Shown here: positions 45,331 to 53,451 of the stretch, one piece after another
Position numbering within the stretch: position 1 is the first letter of the stretch
How the letters are laid out: every line of letters begins with the position of its first letter
Assembly: GCA_017992455.1 (NCBI GenBank)
Contig: JAGOOP010000006.1
Coordinates: forward strand, 1,707-65,706
Length of the DNA stretch: 64,000 nt
Direction of reading: 5' to 3'
Source: Candidatus Omnitrophota bacterium
GTDB lineage: Bacteria > Omnitrophota > Gorgyraeia > Gygaellales > Profunditerraquicolaceae
Translations under genes and position numbers: made by a program
Notes under the pieces: model-generated
Seen by the model: the letters and a program-made list of their open reading frames with translations, nothing else
What the model was told of the DNA's origin: nothing
Databases searched by the model: none

Positions 45331-45573
45331 CTACCGCAAATGGGCCGGCGCAGCGATAACAAATCCGTACTCTGTCTGATTATGTACCATCGCCTGCCGG
45401 ATAGCCTCCAGCCGCCTGTTTACGATCAATCGTTCATGCGCATCCATGTGCGCATGCGGACGCCGCCCGATCGCTCCTGCGCGCGCCGCAAGCGCGCCTG
45501 CCGCGAAGCCTGCGCATAAACACAAGAACAACAATGCGATTATTCGTAATGAAGATGCCCGTGTATGCGCCAT
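45331..45573 (-). CDS. Hypothetical small TM protein
   Basis: 80-aa ORF with one hydrophobic segment (IIALLFLCLCAGFAAGALAA). No SD, and a 34-nt overlap with the upstream gene. It fills an otherwise empty 238-nt gap. Confidence 0.35.
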   Translation of the reverse strand: MAHTRASSLRIIALLFLCLCAGFAAGALAARAGAIGRRPHAHMDAHERLIVNRRLEAIRQAMVHNQTEYGFVIAAPAHLR

Positions 45574-45869
45574 TTCGTGACAAATATTTCAGGATATGTC
45601 TCGACATATCCCCCGGCGGCGTTGATACTGCCGGAAACCGCCGTTTTCGTTCCCTGCGACGGATCGAAGGCCCGATACCCTGTCTGGGAACTGTGATATG
45701 CCTCTATCGCCTGCCACTCTTCATCCCATGCGATCAGATAATCCGTTATGCCGACTATTTCTCCCTCCGGGGATGAAGCGCGCGACTGCCGGCTGCTCCA
45801 CAGGCCGATACCCGCGCCCAATATAAAAAGACTGATGCCGGCGAAGATCCATTTCCTGTTCTTCATCAT
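45540..45869 (-). CDS. Small membrane-anchored protein, paralog of 44961-45302
   Basis: 109 aa. One TM, then WDEEWQAIEAY ... VTKWRIHGHLHY. SD GGAGGAGG and an ATGA overlap with the upstream stop. Confidence 0.6.
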   Translation of the reverse strand: MMKNRKWIFAGISLFILGAGIGLWSSRQSRASSPEGEIVGITDYLIAWDEEWQAIEAYHSSQTGYRAFDPSQGTKTAVSGSINAAGGYVETYPEIFVTKWRIHGHLHYE

Positions 45870-46297
45870 CCTCCTCCTGCTTTACCCCTGATAAAATACG
45901 GAAATCCGCGTTTTGCTCCCATGCGCAATTTGTACGTGCAGCCCAGGCCCAGCGGGGACGGTACCGAGGACACGATCTCATAGGCGCCGCCCTGCTTCTT
46001 CTCGACCGTATACGACACCGTGTACGCCGTATTCCGGGCGTTCACCGTATACGACCGCGTGACGGGAAACGTCTTGAACCGCCCCGGTATGATAAAATCG
46101 CATTGCGCGAACGTCTGCGCCGTCTCGCATAAATAATACGCGATGATCCTGTCCATTCCCTTCTCGTGCTGTTTCACCCGGTAGTTCAGCACGATGATCA
46201 TGGCGATCACGGTCAACGACAGCAAGAAAAGAGTCCCCAGAGACAGCATGAACGCAAATCCGCGCCGGGCCCCGGCATGACGCATATACACTCTCAT
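45866..46297 (-). CDS. Minor-pseudopilin-like protein (no Glu+5)
   Basis: 143 aa. ARRG|FAFMLSLGTLFLLSLTVIAMII. ATGA overlaps at both ends. Confidence 0.55.
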   Translation of the reverse strand: MRVYMRHAGARRGFAFMLSLGTLFLLSLTVIAMIIVLNYRVKQHEKGMDRIIAYYLCETAQTFAQCDFIIPGRFKTFPVTRSYTVNARNTAYTVSYTVEKKQGGAYEIVSSVPSPLGLGCTYKLRMGAKRGFPYFIRGKAGGG

Positions 46298-46881
46298 TCC
46301 TCCCAGAAATCCTGAAGATCAAGCGATAAGCCCTGTGTCATGGCAAACCCGACCGGCGCTACCAGAAGCTCTTCGTGCATCGGCCGGCCCGCTTCCGTCC
46401 AGAATATGGTCACACGGATCGAATAATATTTTTTACAGGCGGTCTTCGTTTCGTCGCACGGCAATGCGGTGCCGTCGGGCAGTGTTTCGCTCGTCAATCC
46501 TTCATAGACCATCCTGACCGAAAGAGGATCGGATTCCGGCACGTACTTCTTTTCCAGGATATCCCCGAGCTTCTCGAACGGATCCACACAGCAGGTGCCG
46601 TCGATCGTACTGCCGCATAACGGAGCGCTGCCCGTATAGACGCTTTCGTATTTCTGTACCGCCGGCTGATATGCGTATTCGAATTTGCAGTGGGAGAGGA
46701 CAAAATCAGACTCCCCGAACTCGACGACATCGCGCAGGAGGCTGAGGGCGATATTCCGGTAATGGAGGCTGTGCACGAGGCGGGTGAAATTCTGCGATGC
46801 GAGGGCGATAAATCCGGCTCCCAGGAGGAGCAGAATGGCGGCAACCAGCACTTCCAGAAGGAGGACACCTTTATTCTTCAC
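46294..46881 (-). CDS. Prepilin-type N-terminal domain protein (pseudopilin-like)
   Basis: 195 aa with a GTG start. MKNKG|VLLLEVLVAAILLLLGAG has Glu+5. Confidence 0.7.
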   Translation of the reverse strand: MKNKGVLLLEVLVAAILLLLGAGFIALASQNFTRLVHSLHYRNIALSLLRDVVEFGESDFVLSHCKFEYAYQPAVQKYESVYTGSAPLCGSTIDGTCCVDPFEKLGDILEKKYVPESDPLSVRMVYEGLTSETLPDGTALPCDETKTACKKYYSIRVTIFWTEAGRPMHEELLVAPVGFAMTQGLSLDLQDFWEE

Positions 46882-46889
46882 AATTTATT

Positions 46890-46917
46890 ATTGTATATGA
46901 TTCTCCCCGGTTGTCAA
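46890..46917 (-). promoter_or_regulatory. Sigma70-type promoter, leaderless-type geometry
   Basis: Minus strand: TTGACA (46912-46917), 16 nt, TACAAT (46890-46895). GTG 46881 begins 8 nt after the -10. Confidence 0.5.
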
Positions 46918-46942
46918 TACCAACTATTCCCCGGAACCGGGA

Positions 46943-47980
46943 TCATGTCCCCAGGCGGCCGCGCGCGGTAACCCGGAGAAGCTCCCAGACCGCTTTCCAA
47001 TCAGAAAGGTCCACGCCGCGTTTCCTGGCGTCATCGAAAACAGGGGCAAGACGCTTAACTTCTGCCTCATACCACGCTTCACTGCCGGCATTGATCCTCT
47101 GTTTCGCCTCCTCTATCTGATCCTCGGCGAATATGACCCCGCCCCCGTACGCCTTGTTCATCTGCATGGCATACGATCCGTTGATCGTGCCGGGCAGGAC
47201 ATCTCCCATGAACATGATCTCTTTGCCCATCTGCTGCTGCAGCTTGACCCGCAGGTTCAGCGGAACCGCGACCATGATCGTCGCAGGATCTATAGCCTGG
47301 ACGCCGGCAGGCGTATGCATTGCGACATACCGCGCTTGAACGGCTGCATACAGCGTATTCGCGATCTCCTGAACCTCCATCAGCCGCCCCTGCAGCGCGG
47401 GAGACAGCCAGGCAACCCGCTCCTGGGTCGCCGACGCCAGACGCGGAACAACGGCGGTGCGCATATGCACCGTTTTGCCGGCATCGAACGGATTTACAAA
47501 TTCCACATCGACGGCGACACGCTCCGGGCCTTTGGAATTGTAGTAATACACGGGGGCCCATACGCCGTCGGGCACCGGATTGCCGACGGTCCAGTCTCTT
47601 TCCATCTGGAAATCATGAGTGAACTCGACCCCTTTGACGCCCGACGCGAGGACCTGTTTCTCGGCATTGCCTTCCCGCGGATAATAGACGATCGTGTCCC
47701 CCTCGAGCGTGATCAGCGCATTGATCTCCTGCTTGTCTTGTTTATACGTAATGACGAGTGTTTTATTATCGTCGCGGATCTGCGTCTTTTTAGCGCGCAT
47801 GACGCGCTGCATGACCGTATCGAAAAAACGCATTCCCTGGCTTGATCCTTCTCCGAGCTCCTTCTGAACCCCCATATACGTCGCTGCGGAATAATGCACC
47901 AGTGCGCCGACAACGGTTATGACAACGCCGAACAGGACCAATGCGATAAGGATCTCAACCAACGTCAGACCGCGCCTCAT
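46943..47980 (-). CDS. Large prepilin-type N-terminal domain protein (pseudopilin-like, 345 aa)
   Basis: Start moved to ATG 47980 (MRRG|LTLVEILIALVLFGVV, Glu+5; SD GAGGAGGGG). Confidence 0.75.
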   Translation of the reverse strand: MRRGLTLVEILIALVLFGVVITVVGALVHYSAATYMGVQKELGEGSSQGMRFFDTVMQRVMRAKKTQIRDDNKTLVITYKQDKQEINALITLEGDTIVYYPREGNAEKQVLASGVKGVEFTHDFQMERDWTVGNPVPDGVWAPVYYYNSKGPERVAVDVEFVNPFDAGKTVHMRTAVVPRLASATQERVAWLSPALQGRLMEVQEIANTLYAAVQARYVAMHTPAGVQAIDPATIMVAVPLNLRVKLQQQMGKEIMFMGDVLPGTINGSYAMQMNKAYGGGVIFAEDQIEEAKQRINAGSEAWYEAEVKRLAPVFDDARKRGVDLSDWKAVWELLRVTARGRLGT

Positions 47981-48007
47981 AGCCCCTCCTCTGTAATATA
48001 TATAACA

Positions 48008-48036
48008 AGTATACCATGCTCGCCGGTATATATCAA
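48008..48036 (-). promoter_or_regulatory. Sigma70-type promoter of the pseudopilin cluster
   Basis: Minus strand: TTGATA (48031-48036), 17 nt, TATACT (48008-48013). A 27-nt leader carries the SD. Confidence 0.5.
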
Positions 48037-48057
48037 TTCTCCGGCAGGCGCATCCCG

Positions 48058-48453
48058 CTATTGACGCGCCCCTCTTAATTCCCACGAATCCAGCTTCTGC
48101 TCTTCATCGAACGTAAGATAGACCTTATCTGACGAGAAATACTGCGTGGGGTGGCGGTACAGGCACCGGAGCCTGCCTGCGCCGCCGTTGCCTTCGGGCT
48201 TGCACAACAACGGCTCTCCGTACATCGCGACGATCCTCTGTCGAGCCGTTCCGCGGGTCAAACGATCGTTTAATATATCGTCTTTCAGCTTGCGGAACGA
48301 CTTTTCCCTGTCGTCCAGATACCCCTGGATCCCGTGCTGATTTTTCGCAAACCTCTTGAGCAATGAAATGTTTTGATAATGGCTTGAAAAACATCCTTCC
48401 AGCCACATCGCGATACACAGAACAGAGATCAGACCAGGAACGGTTCTTTTCAT
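48058..48453 (-). CDS. Hypothetical lipoprotein
   Basis: 131 aa. MKRTVPGLISVLCIAMWLEGC has a lipobox-like sequence. No recognisable domain. Confidence 0.6.
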   Translation of the reverse strand: MKRTVPGLISVLCIAMWLEGCFSSHYQNISLLKRFAKNQHGIQGYLDDREKSFRKLKDDILNDRLTRGTARQRIVAMYGEPLLCKPEGNGGAGRLRCLYRHPTQYFSSDKVYLTFDEEQKLDSWELRGARQ

Positions 48454-48462
48454 GGGGCGCTA

Positions 48463-49743
48463 TCAAAAAGTTTTCTTGAACTTTATCATGACCGTATCAT
48501 TGGCAACTTTATCCGCGGGCGCTCCGGACGCGGGAGCCGGTTTCAATTCCTTTTGCACTCCCAGCGAGATCGTATCGCTCACTTTCAGTTCGCCGCTGAC
48601 GGTCGTTGTGATCTCGGGTTCTTTCTCCGGGCTCTGCGTCTGAACGACCCCGTACCCGACCTCGACCTTTTCAGACACCGCGCCCGTGACGCCGACGCCT
48701 TTTTTCGTTTCGTCGAACGTCACGGAAACACCGGTGATGCCGAATTTGCGCGCGATCGTGCTCCCTGACCCGCCCAGCACGAAATAATCGAAAAGGTCCA
48801 TTGCCAGGTCAGGAGCGAGCCCGCCCTGGCTGAACGACGTGCCCACCCCTGCCCATTGCCTGCCCGTTGCCAGCATCACGAGCAATTGTTCCTGCGGCAG
48901 GAGCGGATCCGAAAAAAGCTGGATATCCGGCTCGTCGACCGTGCCTTTGACCGCAACCCTGATCTTGACCTGTTCGACCGTCGATCGTCCCCGCACGTCA
49001 AGCCGCGGTTTCGCGATGTCTGCCGTAAATACGAGCCTGCTTTCATCAAGCACGACGACCGCGGTCCTGCGGCCTGATACCGTTCCGGTCTTGATGACAA
49101 GCGCGCCTTTCACACTGCCCGCATCCGGCTCGTCCGTGAACGCCAGGTCGCAGACAAGCGGCGCATCGGTCATGGAAAATCCTTCATACGTAAGGCGCTG
49201 GGCGACCGCGGTACCCGTCAATGCCAGGTCGTTCAGCGTTCCCTCGAGCGCCAGATCGATCTGCGAAAGAGTCCCTGCCAGAAGGACCGCGGACCGTTTC
49301 AACCCGAAGAAGGTTATCAGGCTGTCGAGAGCGACTTTCTGGGAATATATCTTGAGGTCGAGAATACCCCCGGAATATGCCCCGTAGAAACGGATGGCCT
49401 CTCCCGTCGGCAGGAACAGAGAACCGCCCGAGATCGTGACATGGATGCCGTCGATGCCGGGGCGGGTGACCCGGATATCGATCTGCCGGATAGCGATCGA
49501 ACTTCCCGCGGGCAGCTCCTTCAATCCGGCGGCGCTGACATTGCGCAGCGTGAACCCGGACGCGATACTTCCCTCGGCGTCCTCAAATGTGATATTCTCG
49601 GCATTGCTGTACCGCGCGATCGCTTTCTCCGCCGCGAACTCGCCTCCGGCCGTGGTGAACAGAAAAAAATACGCCGCGCCGGCCCCTGCGGCCAGCAGGA
49701 AGGCGGCGAAAATCATTATCTTGAAATAAGCCTTCACTGCCAT
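48463..49743 (-). CDS. TamB-like (DUF490-type C-terminus) translocation/assembly module protein, short form
   Basis: Start moved to ATG 49743 (MAVKAYFKIMIFAAFLLAAGAG, TM anchor). C-terminal LFSDPLLPQEQLLVMLATGRQW...FGITGVSVTFD resembles the TamB DUF490 region. Confidence 0.65.
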   Translation of the reverse strand: MAVKAYFKIMIFAAFLLAAGAGAAYFFLFTTAGGEFAAEKAIARYSNAENITFEDAEGSIASGFTLRNVSAAGLKELPAGSSIAIRQIDIRVTRPGIDGIHVTISGGSLFLPTGEAIRFYGAYSGGILDLKIYSQKVALDSLITFFGLKRSAVLLAGTLSQIDLALEGTLNDLALTGTAVAQRLTYEGFSMTDAPLVCDLAFTDEPDAGSVKGALVIKTGTVSGRRTAVVVLDESRLVFTADIAKPRLDVRGRSTVEQVKIRVAVKGTVDEPDIQLFSDPLLPQEQLLVMLATGRQWAGVGTSFSQGGLAPDLAMDLFDYFVLGGSGSTIARKFGITGVSVTFDETKKGVGVTGAVSEKVEVGYGVVQTQSPEKEPEITTTVSGELKVSDTISLGVQKELKPAPASGAPADKVANDTVMIKFKKTF

Positions 49744-49744
49744 G

Positions 49745-50941
49745 CTATCTGCTTTCGGTTGACTCCCCGACCCCGGGCGGGGCCTTCTTCCACTCATACC
49801 CCTTCAATGCCTGCTCGAACCCAAGGTCGAAGAGCGCCTGCATTTCGGCGCGGTCGAACGGTTCTCGTGCTTTTGATACGTGGGTCGAAGGGATATACGC
49901 CAGGTTGAAATCCCCCCTGCCTTCGCGCGTGAACATATACAGCCGGTAAATATCCCCGATGCTCTGGGACGTGGTCAGGGTATCGACGGCGCGCTCGGCG
50001 ATCGCCAGGATCCTGTCAGGCACCTCTTTGTACAGGGAATCGACATATCCGTTGCGGATGACATAGACGACGTACTTGTTCCGGCCCGGATCGATGCGCT
50101 TTTCCTTCAATGCCTTTTCCATGCCCTGAACGACATCATACAGGAAGAACACCTGCTTGGAAATGCCGCCGTCCACGTGCATCTCATCATAGACCTCGCT
50201 GTCCGCTTCGGCCTCGATATACACAGGCGGGAACGCGATGGGGATGGATGCGGACGCAAGGATGATCTTGCGGAATAATTTAAGCGCATTCTCGTCGCCG
50301 ATGGACGCGATCCTGCCCATATCCCAGATGGTAAGGCGCTGGGCATCGAGGTTGGTCGTGCCGATATACAGCCTGCGGCCTTTACGATACTCCGCCGCAA
50401 TATCCTTCAGAAGCCCTTCGTTAAAATACTGGTCGATAAGGCGCGCGAGCGGCTTGGTGCTCGCGAACGAATTGCTGAACGGAATACGCAGGCGGATCAG
50501 GTCCCGCGTGGAATACCTCGTGTAAAACTCCTTCATGACCGCGTCGCGGCTGCTGCCGAGGAACGCATACGGCGCGATGACCGCGCCGGTGCTGATGCCG
50601 GTCACGACCCTGAACTCGGGCCGCGTTCCTGCCTGCGACCAGCCGTTCAGGATACCGGCCCCGTACGCGCCGTTGGCGCCCCCTCCTGAAATAGCCAGCA
50701 GATGGAACGTCTGCGGCTCGCTGTCGACCGGAAGCGCGCCCCTGTTCTTCTCCTCCTGTTCAAGCAAAGTGACAAAGTCATGTTTGAACGCATCGCTCGG
50801 GCCTCCGCCAAAGGTCCTGATATCCTTCATGCCGAATATGCTGACGTCGTAAATAAGATCCGGAGGGACCGCGTGCCGCACCGTGGCACAGCCGGAGGCA
50901 AGGAGCGCAAGGACAAAAATGATGCACAACCGTTTTACCAT
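49745..50941 (-). CDS. Patatin-like phospholipase lipoprotein
   Basis: Start moved to ATG 50941 (MVKRLCIIFVLALLASGC, lipobox). ISGGGANGAYGAG (oxyanion hole), GISTGA (GxSxG) and VDGGI (catalytic Asp). Confidence 0.85.
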   Translation of the reverse strand: MVKRLCIIFVLALLASGCATVRHAVPPDLIYDVSIFGMKDIRTFGGGPSDAFKHDFVTLLEQEEKNRGALPVDSEPQTFHLLAISGGGANGAYGAGILNGWSQAGTRPEFRVVTGISTGAVIAPYAFLGSSRDAVMKEFYTRYSTRDLIRLRIPFSNSFASTKPLARLIDQYFNEGLLKDIAAEYRKGRRLYIGTTNLDAQRLTIWDMGRIASIGDENALKLFRKIILASASIPIAFPPVYIEAEADSEVYDEMHVDGGISKQVFFLYDVVQGMEKALKEKRIDPGRNKYVVYVIRNGYVDSLYKEVPDRILAIAERAVDTLTTSQSIGDIYRLYMFTREGRGDFNLAYIPSTHVSKAREPFDRAEMQALFDLGFEQALKGYEWKKAPPGVGESTESR

Positions 50942-50958
50942 AAAAACACCTTTGTTGC

Positions 50959-51939
50959 CTACCATCGCCAGCTGACAGGCGTTTTCGCGCATACAAGGCA
51001 TATTGGAGACTTGATCTCGTGGATGCGGCGGATCGGCTGATCGAAGATCGAACCGAGAAGATTCGATTCTGCATACACGGCGCAACAGCGATACAGCCGT
51101 CCGTCGGTATCGATAGCGACCTGATCGTTGAGCATGGGGCAGATGCGGTGATCGGGCAGCGTCGTCATACAGCGCTCCTCCTGCTCAAGGTCGATGAAAC
51201 GGCTGTAATACGCGCCCCAGCGCTGCTTGTCCTTATGGTATGCGGCAGACGCCTCCACCCCGGGGATAAAACAGCGCACCCGCTCGAACTCCAGCCCGTT
51301 CTCCGCGCAGAACGCGCGTGCCGCCTGCTCTTCATGCGCGTTATAAAGATAGCTGTGATAACGGAGCCGGATGCGCATGGTGCGCTTCTGCTGACTGCGC
51401 GCGCGGATCAGAGAACGCACATTCTCCAGGACAACGGCGATATTGCCGTTACAATGGTTCCGGGCATATACTTCCTGCGTCATGCCCGAGATAGAAACCG
51501 CGATATGGTCAAGGCCTGACCCGACGAGCCCGCCGGGATCCTTGAGGACGTTGAGATTCGTAAAAACCACCGTTTCGGTGCCGGGCATGCGCTCTTTTGC
51601 GTAGCGGATCATATCGGCAAGGGCGGGGTTCAACAACGATTCTCCCCAATTGCCGAACCAGATACTGCGAAACCGCACCCTTTCAGCGCAGATCTTGTCC
51701 ACGATCCTTGCAAACAGCCCGTAATCCATCAGGGGTTTTTTCTTCCGCCGTAAGGCAAGCGCCTCGTTGTTCGGGCACATCGAGCACCAGAGGTTGCAGT
51801 CGGCGACATCGATATTAAGGACTGTGCGTCGGGAAGAAAATCGCTTGAGGTAGTGGCGGCAGATTTTGGCCGCAGTAAGCCAGGACTCAGGGATCGTCCG
51901 CTTGGCAGCTGCGCGCATGGCTTCGCTTGAACGGGACAT
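50959..51939 (-). CDS. Radical SAM protein with Cys-rich C-terminal (SPASM/twitch-like) region
   Basis: 326 aa. CNLWCSMC (CX3CX2C). C-terminal cysteines: CPMLND...RCCAVY...CLVCAKT. Confidence 0.85.
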   Translation of the reverse strand: MSRSSEAMRAAAKRTIPESWLTAAKICRHYLKRFSSRRTVLNIDVADCNLWCSMCPNNEALALRRKKKPLMDYGLFARIVDKICAERVRFRSIWFGNWGESLLNPALADMIRYAKERMPGTETVVFTNLNVLKDPGGLVGSGLDHIAVSISGMTQEVYARNHCNGNIAVVLENVRSLIRARSQQKRTMRIRLRYHSYLYNAHEEQAARAFCAENGLEFERVRCFIPGVEASAAYHKDKQRWGAYYSRFIDLEQEERCMTTLPDHRICPMLNDQVAIDTDGRLYRCCAVYAESNLLGSIFDQPIRRIHEIKSPICLVCAKTPVSWRW

Positions 51940-51946
51940 ACGGCGC

Positions 51947-52648
51947 CTACTTTGTTACCGGTGCAGGCTGTTGTGTCACGTCAGTGGACGGAATGGTCTT
52001 GGTGATGATCTCTCCGTTATGATCGAGCTTTACATGATACGGCGTTATATTGATGACCCGCGCCTTATTGACCACCGAGCCGATGCCGACAACCTCATCG
52101 TTGATGATCGCCAGATACCCGCCTTTTTCGTCGGCGAGAATGCCGGTCAGCACAAAGTCCTGTGCGGCGAAAATACGCCCCGCCTGCATGGCCTTCTTCT
52201 TGAACTCGGACACGTTCATGCCGAGTTTCCCGGCTTTGTCCGCGTCGGCAAGGGCTTTCTCGAAATCGTTGATGGAAAAGTATGCGCTCGCGCGGCTGTA
52301 AAAGTACTGCGCCGACCGGGGATCGAGATCGATGGCCTTGCTGAAATCGACGATAGCGAACGGGATGTTGCCCATCTTCAGATACGTGTTGCCCCGCGCA
52401 GCGTAGAACTTTGCGTTCCCCGGCTCGACCTTGAGCGCCTGATCGTACGCCGCGATGGAATCAGCCCAGAGCCCTTTATTATAGAATCCGAACCCGCGGT
52501 CGAAATGTTCCCCTGCCGCGGCTACAGCCGCCTGTTTCGTTGTGCCGGTTTTCGGCGGACTCTGCATTTGACAGCCGGCAAAGACCAGGTTCAGCGAAAG
52601 GGCTAATCCAGCAGCGGGAAACATCCACGATCTCGCATCCGTCTTCAT
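51947..52648 (-). CDS. TPR-repeat lipoprotein
   Basis: Start moved to ATG 52648 (MKTDARSWMFPAAGLALSLNLVFAGC; SD AAGGAG). TPR units (AIAAYDQALKVEPGNAKFYAARGNTYLKMGN...). Confidence 0.75.
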   Translation of the reverse strand: MKTDARSWMFPAAGLALSLNLVFAGCQMQSPPKTGTTKQAAVAAAGEHFDRGFGFYNKGLWADSIAAYDQALKVEPGNAKFYAARGNTYLKMGNIPFAIVDFSKAIDLDPRSAQYFYSRASAYFSINDFEKALADADKAGKLGMNVSEFKKKAMQAGRIFAAQDFVLTGILADEKGGYLAIINDEVVGIGSVVNKARVINITPYHVKLDHNGEIITKTIPSTDVTQQPAPVTK

Positions 52649-52683
52649 CGCTTCTCCTTTTTTCTGAAAATCCCGGCACGGCA

Positions 52684-53016
52684 CTATCGTTTTTTCAACC
52701 TTTCCAGATTCGATCTGGCTTCAGGCGCATGCTCGAGCACAAACCCGACTTCCTTGCAGGGAAATGCGCCGCATTCGATACACGTCCCGTAATTCCTGCC
52801 TATACAGCAAGCGCGGATCTTGCATAGATTGCCGCAATAAAAGGACTTTCGCCCCTGTGCCTTACAGCCGTCGCACAGAACGTGTTCCGGCTTTATGTCG
52901 GAATGGAACTGCGCGGACCATGTGCGCGCGACCTTTGCGAGCTGTTCCTCATCGCCGGCCTGCGTCGCACAATACCCCTCGCATTTGGAACAATCCAAGC
53001 CGCAATACGCGATCAT
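52684..53016 (-). CDS. DUF3795-like Cys-rich protein
   Basis: Start at ATG 53016 (MIAYCGLDCSKCEGY...; SD aaggggg). About 17 Cys in CxxC-type arrangements. Confidence 0.7.
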   Translation of the reverse strand: MIAYCGLDCSKCEGYCATQAGDEEQLAKVARTWSAQFHSDIKPEHVLCDGCKAQGRKSFYCGNLCKIRACCIGRNYGTCIECGAFPCKEVGFVLEHAPEARSNLERLKKR

Positions 53017-53041
53017 TCCGCCCCCTTTTATCCTGTTCATT

Positions 53042-53069
53042 ATTATAAACCCTTCATGCCCGTTAGCAA
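53042..53069 (-). promoter_or_regulatory. Sigma70-type promoter
   Basis: Minus strand: TTGCTA (53064-53069), 16 nt, TATAAT (53042-53047). It lies immediately downstream of the REP-A terminator hairpin. Confidence 0.5.
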
Positions 53070-53072
53070 GAC

Positions 53073-53130
53073 AAAAAACTTAGGGACGGTTCTCTCCCCT
53101 TCGGGGGAGAGAACCGTCCCTAAGTTTTTT
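53073..53130 (-). terminator. REP-A inverted pair forming a 27-bp perfect hairpin terminator with TTCG loop
   Basis: 53073-53099 (aaaaaacttagggacggttctctcccc) is the reverse complement of 53104-53130, with a TTCG loop. A/T runs sit on both sides, and it lies 9 nt after the stop at 53140. Confidence 0.85.
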
Positions 53131-53139
53131 GTCCCGAAC

Positions 53140-53436
53140 CTATTTCTCTATCTCTTCCTCTACTTCCTCGGCGCCTTCCTTGTAGAACTTTTCTTCGTCA
53201 GGAGCGAGCTCTTTTAAAAGCCGCAGGAACTCTCCCGCGTGCACCCGCTCTTCGTCGGCGATATCCTTGAGGACTTCCTGCGCCAGCTTGTTGTCGGTCG
53301 ACTCGGCCAGCTGCATATACATCTGGATCGCTTCATACTCGGCCGCGACCATAAAGCGGATGGCGCGGATGAGCTCTTCAGCCGTGACCTTGCGGTCCTT
53401 TTTCATCCCGGAAAACGGGCTTCCGAATTCAGGCAT
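53140..53436 (-). CDS. Small ferritin-like/rubrerythrin-family protein (EncFtn/Flp-like fold)
   Basis: 98 aa. ...LIRAIRFMVAAEYEAIQMYMQLAE...IADEERVHAGEFLRLL (E..E and E..H iron-site motifs). Acidic C-terminus with no obvious targeting peptide. Confidence 0.75.
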   Translation of the reverse strand: MPEFGSPFSGMKKDRKVTAEELIRAIRFMVAAEYEAIQMYMQLAESTDNKLAQEVLKDIADEERVHAGEFLRLLKELAPDEEKFYKEGAEEVEEEIEK

Positions 53437-53451
53437 TGCGCACCTCCTTTC

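Noticed and set aside
44585-47980. Calling the pseudopilin cluster a type II secretion or type IV pilus system
   Set aside because: Only pilin-like genes are present. No ATPase, inner-membrane platform, secretin or prepilin peptidase lies in the window, so a system-level call is unsupported.
50959-51939. RiPP biosynthetic cluster around the radical SAM/SPASM-like gene
   Set aside because: No precursor-peptide ORF, RiPP recognition element, protease or exporter is adjacent. The neighbours are envelope proteins. I kept only the weaker observation of unusual operon membership.
53140-53436. Encapsulin nanocompartment cargo (EncFtn/Flp-like ferritin)
   Set aside because: No encapsulin shell gene is adjacent. 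The C-terminus (EEVEEEIEK) lacks a recognisable targeting peptide. I treat it as a stand-alone ferritin-like protein.
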